A stretch of 64,000 bases of DNA from the NCBI RefSeq assembly GCF_018350175.1, contig NC_058373.1, positions 74,276,001 through 74,340,000 on the forward strand. Direction: 5' to 3'. The DNA is from Felis catus. Lineage: Eukaryota. The notes under the pieces are model-generated. The model was not told where the DNA came from. It did not search any database and saw nothing but the letters and a program-made list of their open reading frames with translations. The position numbers and the translations under genes were made by a program. Positions 56,109-64,000 of the stretch are shown piece by piece (the first letter of the stretch is position 1; each line of letters opens with the position of its first letter).

Positions 56109-56810
56109 ACCTGATCTCCAGCCCCATACACCGGTGAGCCTCTTACAAGCTCTCTGCCTCCTCCCTTCCGGGAGATCTGTGGGGGAATCCCTGGCATTGA
56201 ATGGGGAGGAGCACAAGCCCAGGCTTTGGGGCCCTAGCTGAGCCCTAGAAGGGCCTCCCCAAGGGGCAGAGTAACTCTGTCTCCTCATGTGCTCACACCC
56301 AGTGGCTTGGGTGTCTATCTCTGGCCAGGGTTTGGCAGGACTGCCATTATCTGGGGTGTGGCCTTTGTCAGCAGGAGAACTGTCCTGAGTGTTTTTAATC
56401 ATGTTTGGATGTTAAGTGTTAGCTCCTAGAATAGATGCCCGGGGCCAGGTCTGAACTGAGCTGTCAGCCAGACCCTTCCCTGGCCTTCATGTTGAGGATT
56501 AGACTGGCCAATCCGAGGGCCAGGCATCCTGGCCCTTCTTCCAGAGGTCCTGAAGGCTAGAGCTCTAGCCGTTTAGGGGAGGGTGGGATGAGTAAGGCAT
56601 ATCATTAGCACCCTCCTGGGTGGGAATTAGATCTTCTCTCTCTATGTCTGGGTCTTTGAGGTGGGACAGGTTGTGGTGTGAGAGGCTCCATGTGGCCCCA
56701 CACAGGGCAGGCCCTCCCTTCCCAGACTTCCATCATGCTGGAGGCCAGCAGCTTCAAGGAGGGATGTTGAAGTAGGACTCCTTCGTCCTCTCACTGGCTT
56801 TGGCTCCCTC

Positions 56811-56816
56811 AATAAA
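56811..56816 (+). terminator. Candidate DCAF11 polyA signal
   Basis: AATAAA about 700 nt after the stop, followed by GT/T-rich sequence. Confidence 0.55.
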
Positions 56817-57807
56817 TTCTCTGTGGGAACCTGGCTCAGTGTCTGTCTCTGTCTCATTCTTTTTCCTGTCTAAGGCCTTTTATCCTCTCACTTCAAGAAA
56901 GTAGTATCCACAAAGCCTTCAGATATGCTTCTCTGTGGGAGAAAACACCCCTTTGATGCCCCCAAGATGAAGAGAAATGCCAAAATCATTTGTTAACTGT
57001 GCTCTGCAACAGGCAACTCCCTCACTGAACTCAGAAACTTCCAGCAAGTAGAAATTGAGATAGCAGGAAGTAAGTGCATTTTAGATTAGAACCTGGAACA
57101 CCCACATCAGCTTTGTTCTGGGGCTGTCCTTGGAGCTGGTCCAGTCTATGAGAAGTAGCTCAGAGCCAGAGAGAACTGGATGGGCACTGATGCCAGGCCC
57201 CATCTGGGTGCTTCACACCGAGGACCTCATCCACCCTCACAGCCACCCTTTGTACAGGTGAGGAAATGGCAATGTGAAGAGGTCAGGCAACATGCCCCAG
57301 ATATAATAGATTGCCAAAGATATCTTTGGGGTGGGACAGAGCAAACCCATGGTTTATGGTCAGAAGGAGAGTTGGTTAGGGTCCACACCCAGCTCTGATC
57401 TACCTTTCTTTGTGATATTTCATTATCCCTACTGCAATTTGCAAACCAGCATACACACCTCCAAGTGTTCTCAAAGACACAGCAAGGGGTAAAAGGGATT
57501 CGTCTTTCACAGCAAAACAGGTAGTTTTAAAAGAGTAGATTCTCCAGCTGCTCGGCCCACATGTGATCTCTTTCCTCTGACTGATCTGCCTAATGTGGAA
57601 CTATCATGCCTGTCTCCCTTCCTACTGGCCCCCCTCATTCCCCTTCTGTCACTTCACCCCAGAGATGCCACCCATCTCACGCAGAACCTGTATTACCTCC
57701 AGAGCGCCAAAACTTAGAAGCAAATTACAATTTTTAATATCCTCAAAGTCTCCTTTAATCAAGGCCTCAAGGACCATCCATTCTTCTTATCAAGAGATGA
57801 ATTTCCA

Positions 57808-58045
57808 GGGCACCTGGGTGGCTCAGTCAGTTAAGCATCTGACTTCGGCTCAGGTCATGATCTCATGGTTCATGGGTTTGAGCCCTGTGTCAGGCTCTGT
57901 GCTGACAGCTCAGAGCCTGGAGCCTGCTTCAGATTCTGTGTCTCCCTCTCTCTCTGCCACTCTCCTACTTGTGCTCCATCCACCTCTCTCTCTCTCTCCC
58001 CCTCTCTCTCTCTCTCAAAAATAAACATTAAAATTTTTTTTAAAA
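57808..58045 (+). mobile_element. Can-SINE with perfect 16-bp TSD
   Basis: aagagatgaatttcca at 57792-57807 and 58046-58061. Confidence 0.95.
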
Positions 58046-58100
58046 AAGAGATGAATTTCCAATACAATTTTAGCTTATTAATTATCAGAAATATGTGAAA

Positions 58101-58530
58101 TCTGACTGATGATTGGATAAAGAAGAGGTATACATATATATACAATGGAATATTACTTGGCGATCAGAAAGAATGAAATCTTGCCATTTGTAATGATGTG
58201 GATGGAACTAGAGTGTATTACGCTAAGTGAAATAAATTGGTCAGAGAAAGAAAGACAAATATATGGTTTCACTCATATGTGGAATTTAAGAAACAAAACA
58301 TGAACATAGGGGAAGGGGTGGGGAGAGAAGAGAGGGAAACCACAAGAGGCTCTTAATGATAGAGAACAAACTATGGATTGATGGAGGTGGGTGGGAGATG
58401 GGCTAGATGGGTAATGGGTACTAAGGAGGGCACTTGTTGGGATGAGGACTGGGTGTTGCATGGAAGTGACGACTCACCAAATTCTCCTGAAACCAATATT
58501 GCACTGTATGTTAACTAACTAAAAAAAAAT
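58101..58530 (+). mobile_element. 5'-truncated carnivore L1 (ORF2 end plus 3' UTR)
   Basis: gactgatgattggataaagaag...tacaatggaatattac...gaatgaaatcttgccatttg...gaaaccaatattgcactgtatgttaactaac plus A tail. Confidence 0.9.
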
Positions 58531-58539
58531 TTAAAAAAA

Positions 58540-58750
58540 AAAATTTTTTTTAACATTTATTTATTTTTGAGACAGAGAGAGAGCATGAACAGGGGAGGGG
58601 CAGAGAGAGAGGGAGACACAGAATCCGAAGCAGGCTCCAGGCTCTGAGCTGTCAGCACAGAGCCTGACGTGGGGCTCGAACTCACGGACCGTGAGATCAT
58701 GACCTGAGCCGAAGTCGGACGCTTAACCGACCAAGCCACCCAGGCGCCCC
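58540..58750 (-). mobile_element. Can-SINE inserted in the L1 tail
   Basis: Full antisense felid SINE flanked by aaaaaaattttttttaac. Confidence 0.93.
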
Positions 58751-58937
58751 TAAAAAAAATTTTTTTAACTAAAGTTTAAATTAAAAAAAACCAAAGCTAC
58801 AAAAAAAAAGTGAAATCTTTGCTGTACTAATTATACATTTTATATTACTAACAATTATTATGAAAACTTTATCCAGAAGAAAAACGTTTTAATTTCAGGG
58901 CCTTATGAACACAAGAAATATTTAAAAATTAACTTTC

Positions 58938-59800
58938 AGGGCACCTGGGTGGCTCAGTCGATGAAGTGTCTCACTCGATTTCGGCTCAGGTCATGATCTC
59001 ACAGTTCATGGGATTGAGCCTCATATTGGGCTCTGCATTGGCAGCACAGAGGCTGCTTGGGAGTCTCGCTCTCAAAATAACTTTAAAAAAATTAAGTTTT
59101 AAGTTACAGACTTTTTTTGGCAGAGACGTGATCAATAAAAGACTTTTAGAGGGCGACTGGATGACTGAGTCGGTTGAGCATCTGACTTTGGCTCAGGTCA
59201 TGATCTCACAGCTCGTGAGTTTGAGCCCCGTGTCCGGCTCTGTGCTGACAGCTCGGAGCCTGGAACCTGCTTCGGATTCTCTGTCTCCCTCTCTCTCAAT
59301 GTGAAACTATCTCTCATTCTGTCTCTCTCTCTCTCTCAAAAATAAACATTAAAAAAATTAATAAAAAATAAACTTTCAGGCACAAAAACATTAGGATAAA
59401 TTCTGTAGGGGACGTCTAATAGAAATATGATTTCTGACTACTAAGATCTTGTCACGTGTTTTTTTAAGTGGATAATGGTAAGATATATAGTCACTAGGGT
59501 TTCGATTCCATTGGGTATATTTAAAAGTGATCTATAGAAAATGCGTTGGAAATTATGTTCTGTGTAACTATTTAAAGTTACAATGAGGGGCGCCTGGGTG
59601 GCTCAGTTGGTTAAGCGTCCGACTTCGGCTTAGGTCATGATCTCACGGTCCATGAGTTTGAGCCCCGCGTCGGGCTCTGTGCTGACAGCTTGGAGCCTGG
59701 AGCCTGATTCTGTGTCTCCCTCTCTCTCTGACCCTCCCCCGTTCATGCTCTGTCTCTCTCTGTCTCAAAAATAAATAAAACATTAAAAAAAAATTTTTTT
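58938..59800 (+). mobile_element. Three sense Can-SINEs (about 58938-59090, 59150-59365, 59587-59800)
   Basis: SINE heads and tails; ttacaatga TSD on the third. Confidence 0.9.
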
Positions 59801-60445
59801 TAATTACAATGAAAATTTTTTTGTCAACTTAAAAATGTGTGAGAGGTTCTATAGGTCTTCATATTGGGGTCCATAAACAGGAACTATGTCGAGGTATGGC
59901 TTTAGGATCTGGAAGGAATCAGATTGATTAGTCAATGTTGGTCAGTTTATGAATGAGGGCACGGAGGACCAAGGAAGATTAGTTGATTTTCCCAAAGTCA
60001 CACAGTTCAGAACCCAGGGGTACTTGCTTGCTCATTCTTTTCACTACTTCATGGGCCTCCACTGTGCTCTGAAAACCCACCACAGTTTTGTGGAATGAGG
60101 AAGGCAGACAAAAAAAGTATCCCAAAACAGTTACTGAATAAGAGGGATGTCCCTTGGTTAGGTTGCTCTCCTCCTTGTGGTTCTAGCCCCAGGGGTCAGG
60201 CTGGGAGGCCAGTGTGGGGCTTAGGACCCAGGGTAACTGGTAGGTGGACATAACCTAAGGTTTTGATGGACTCCAAGCTGGGGATTTTTGTAGGGTCTCC
60301 ACTCCCACCCCCATCACATGGTACTAAGCCTAATCTTTGGAGTTCTGAAAGTCCAACCGGGGCTGCCACCATCTCTCATACAGTACGCCTTTCATCAGAC
60401 ATTTGGATTTCATGTGTTGGCCATCATAATAAACACCAAGGAATG

Positions 60446-61140
60446 GGGGGTGCCTGGGTGGCTCAGTCCATCAAGTGCCAGACTCTTGATTTTGGCTCAG
60501 GTCATGATCTCAGCTTCATGGGTCTGAGCCCTGCATCCAGCTCTGCACTGGCAGTGCAGAAACTGCATGGGATTCTCCCTCTCCTTCTCTCTGCCCCCCC
60601 CCCCCACTCATGCTGTCTCTCTCTCTCTCAAAATAAATAAACTCCAAGATTCTCTCTCCCTCTGCCCCTCTCCCCCCGCTCACAGTCTCTGTAAAATTAA
60701 AAAAAAAAATCTGGGTCTGTTTCATCCTGAATCAGGATGCATGAGATGTCTGTGCACGGCACGGTGTCCAACTCAGGCAGAGGAGGCACATCAGCAGGGG
60801 TATCCACTTAGGTGCACCATGACCCGAGGGGCTTGACCCAGACCCAGCCCCTGTCTGGTGTGAGGAGCTCTGAGGGGCTAGTTTGGCCCTACATAAACCA
60901 TGGTGGTTATGCAATGCACCAGACATCAGATCTAAGGTGAGACAATTCTTTGTGGGGGGTTTTTTGTTTGTTTTTTAGTTTAAAAAAAAAAAAAAAACTT
61001 TATCATTTTGAGAGAGAGAGAGATCATGCAAGCTAAGCCAGAGCTAGATGGAGGGCTTGATCCGACAACCCTGGGATCATGACTGAACCACAATCAGGAG
61101 TCAGACGCTCAACCGACTGAGCCACTGGGGTGCCCCCAGA
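60446..61140. mobile_element. Can-SINEs (about 60446-60710 plus, 60960-61137 minus)
   Basis: SINE heads and tails. Confidence 0.85.
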
Positions 61141-61439
61141 CACAGATATTTTTAATGATTTCCAAAATTTAGTTAATCTGAATCTTCATGACCCCTGATT
61201 TCCCTGTGGAGCAAACAAAGTAAGTTTGGGGTGGGGTGGGGGTGACTGGCTGATCAAACAAAGACAGGCAGACCCAGGCAGACTGTGGACAAAGACAACA
61301 CTGAACAGTAGACCTTACCCTCCAACAAGAACTAGAACAGGGTTGGAGCTGGGGACACAGACCTAGAGAGTCAAGGGGACACAGGGCTAACAGGAAAGGA
61401 CACAGGCCACTGTCAGGACACACATCTAAGGCTAGGACC

Positions 61440-61513
61440 CTGCTGACGTGGCAGCCCTCCGCCCTGGCCCCTTGCTGCCCCCCGCCCCTCTCCCCCGCCT
61501 GCCAGCTGCCAAC
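61440..61513 (+). promoter_or_regulatory. FITM1 proximal promoter
   Basis: TGACGT 61444, GC boxes, E-box CAGCTG 61503-61508 just before the gap. Confidence 0.55.
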
Positions 61514-61669
61514 NNNNNNNNNNNNNNNNNNNNNNNNNNNNNNNNNNNNNNNNNNNNNNNNNNNNNNNNNNNNNNNNNNNNNNNNNNNNNNNNNNNNNNN
61601 NNNNNNNNNNNNNNNNNNNNNNNNNNNNNNNNNNNNNNNNNNNNNNNNNNNNNNNNNNNNNNNNNNNNN
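61514..61669. other. Assembly gap (156 N) hiding the FITM1 TSS and start codon
   Basis: N run; ATG inferred near 61631 from recalled protein length. Confidence 1.
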
Positions 61670-62888
61670 GGGGCCCGAATCCGGGCACTGCTGGGCTGCC
61701 TGGTCAAGGTGCTGCTCTGGGTGGCTTCTGCCTTGCTGTACTTTGGAAGTGAACAGGCTGCCCGGCTCCTGGGCAGCCCCTGCTTACGGCGCCTCTACCA
61801 TGCCTGGTTGGCAGCAGTGGTCATCTTTGGGCCCCTTCTGCAGTTCCATGTCAACCCTCGGACTATCTTCGCCAGCCACGGCAACTTCTTCAACATGTGA
61901 GTCCACTTGAGGCTGTGGGCGCCGGCTCCCTGTGCTCTGAGATCCCAGCTCCCTCCTCCAGGCTTCTGTCCTCCTGCCAGTCTGGACACTAAAAATAGGC
62001 TAGGAGGTTGAGGAGAAATTGGGAGGAGGGGGAGGGGAACAGAGTTGTGGGGTACAGGGGAAATCAGGAGCAGGGCTGAAGAGGAAATATGGGTCCTAGA
62101 AGGCTGAATGGGCCTCTAAGGAGATGGCAAAGTTTAAGTGAATGGGGGTGGGTAGGGGGAGGAAATGGAACCAGAGATGATATGCAGGGCTGGGAACAGC
62201 AGTGATGGGAACACAGATGGGGTGGGAGATGGGGCTTGAGGGGTCCCAATAGCCTCCCTTCTCCTGTGCCCACAGAAAGTTTGTGAATTCGGCATGGGGC
62301 TGGACGTGCACCTTCCTGGGGGGCTTCGTGTTGCTGGTGGTGTTCCTGGCTACCCGGCGCGTGGCGGTGACTGCCCGGCACCTGAGCCGGCTGGTGGTGG
62401 GGGCCGCAGTGTGGCGGGGGGCCGGCAGGGCCTTCCTGCTCATCGAGGACCTGACTGGTTCCTGCTTCGAGCCTCTGCCCCAGGGCCTGCTGCTGCACGA
62501 GCTTCCCGACCGCCGCAGCTGCCTGGCAGCCGGCCACCAGTGGCGGGGCTACACGGTCTCCTCCCACACCTTCCTCCTCACCTTCTGCTGTCTGCTCATG
62601 GCTGAGGAAGCCGCTGTGTTCGCCAAGTACCTGGCCCATGGGCTGCCAGCCGGGGCGCCCCTACGCCTAGTCTTCCTGCTCAACGTGCTGCTGCTGGGCC
62701 TCTGGAACTTCTTGCTGCTCTGTACCGTCATCTATTTCCACCAGTATACTCACAAGGTGGTGGGTGCTGCAGTGGGGACCTTTGCCTGGTACCTCACCTA
62801 TGGCAGCTGGTATCATCAGCCCTGGTCTCCAGGGAGCCCGGGCCACGGGCTCTTCCCTCGGCCCCACTCCAGCCGCAAGCATAACTGA
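61670..62888 (+). CDS. FITM1: Fat storage-inducing transmembrane protein 1 (start in gap)
   Basis: Exon 1 visible 61670-61896 (GARIRALLG...HGNFFN); exon 2 62276-62888 (KFVNSAWGWT...SSHTFLLTFCCLLMAEE...YFHQYTHK...SRKHN*). GT-AG intron, FIT signature. Confidence 0.96.
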
Positions 62889-62892
62889 AAGA

Positions 62893-62898
62893 AATAAA
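62893..62898 (+). terminator. FITM1 polyA signal
   Basis: AATAAA 4 nt after the TGA. Confidence 0.75.
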
Positions 62899-63338
62899 GG
62901 CAAATCAGGCCTAGGTCTGGCTCTTCTCATCATTTGGTTGGGGGGACTCAGAAACGGTGGGAAGGATAAAAGAATCAGGCAGTCTCGCGTTCCTCAACCA
63001 TTCCTTGCTGTTATGGACTTTGAATATCCTTCCTTATGCTTGATCTCCATCCCTCCTGCTGTCCTTTTAGTCTCCCAGTCCTTGCAGACTTCAAGCTACA
63101 TGGAGGGTTTTGCTGTCAAGGAATGGTGATGTTAGAGCAGGTAAAAGTGCCCTTAGGTATGGGCAGCACTCCTGCTGGGCAGGTGCTTCATCTCTAGCCT
63201 GGCTGATTTGTTTTTCCTGCCTCCTGCACTGAATCCCACCCTCCGCCTTCCTCGGGGGCCTATCTGGGCACATTTATTTAACAGGTATTTATTGACCCAA
63301 GCAGAGTTCCATGCCTTATGAATGAGACAAGGTTTCTG

Positions 63339-63573
63339 GAGGACCTGGGTGGCTTGGTCAGTTAAGCATCCTACTTGACTTCAGCTCGGGTCATGATCTC
63401 ACAGTTTGTGAGATGGAGCCCTGAGTCAGGCTCTGCACTGACAACACAGAGCCTGCTTGGGATTCTCTCTCTCTCCCTGTCTCTGCCCCTCCCCTGCTCA
63501 CATTCTCTCTCTCTCAAAATAAATAGACATTTAAAAATAATAATTATAAGTCAAAAGCAAAAAAAAAAAAAAA
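63339..63573 (+). mobile_element. Can-SINE with 14-bp TSD
   Basis: agacaaggtttctg at 63325-63338 and 63574-63587. Confidence 0.93.
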
Positions 63574-63639
63574 AGACAAGGTTTCTGCTCTTTGGAGGCT
63601 TATGGGTTAATGGGGGAGGCAGATGATAAACTCACAAAT

Positions 63640-63880
63640 AATAGCAAATGCTTCTATTGTGCTTACTATGTGCCAGGCACAGTTCTAAGTGTTTCTAAGT
63701 TCTTCATATAAATTAAGACATTTAGCCCTCATAACAACACCAACACTATCAGGTAGGTTTGGTGGTATTCCTACTGTACAGTTGTGAAAACTGAGATACA
63801 GAGGTTAAGTAACTTGTTCACAGCTAGTAAATATCAAAGTCAGGATTATAAACCCACACAATGTGGGTCCATTGTCTGTG
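63640..63880 (-). mobile_element. MIR remnant
   Basis: cttactatgtgccaggcacagttctaagtg...gaaaactgagatacagaggttaagtaacttg. Confidence 0.8.
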
Positions 63881-64000
63881 CTCTAAACTGAGGACCAGCA
63901 ACTACAGCCCTCCTGTGGCCAGTTTTTGTATGGCCTGAGAGTTAAGAAAAGTTTTTACATTAAAAAAAATTTTTATTTAGTTTATTTTTGAGAGAGAGAG

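Noticed and set aside
58923-59380. Possible SINE 3' transduction (SINE, 60-bp unique spacer with AATAAA, SINE, all flanked by aactttca)
   Set aside because: Each SINE also has its own plausible degenerate TSD, so two independent insertions explain it equally well.

Overview
Mammalian genomic DNA, almost certainly a felid: it carries many felid-type Can-SINEs (SINEC_Fc-like). It is syntenic, from recalled gene order, to the human 14q11-q12 block. Gene order: 3' half of CARMIL3 (+), CPNE6 (+, complete 557 aa), NRL (-, complete 237 aa), PCK2 (+, complete 640 aa), DCAF11 (+, two coding segments hidden in N gaps) and FITM1 (+, start codon in an N gap). Exons were traced by hand from splice sites and reading frame. 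Non-genic DNA is mostly Can-SINE, MIR, L2, L1, MER5 and old LTR remnants; older repeat family names are by-eye calls. I found no unknown protein-coding gene or foreign system. The best leads are: a perfect 34-nt 5S rRNA internal fragment with a target-site duplication (tailless retropseudogene); two opposite-orientation SINEs inserted at one site, giving a triplicated TSD; an apparent 1-bp frameshift at the CARMIL3 CPI motif; an AUG-free intragenic CpG island in NRL that could drive a bZIP-only isoform; and several candidate regulatory motifs, which are motif matches only.
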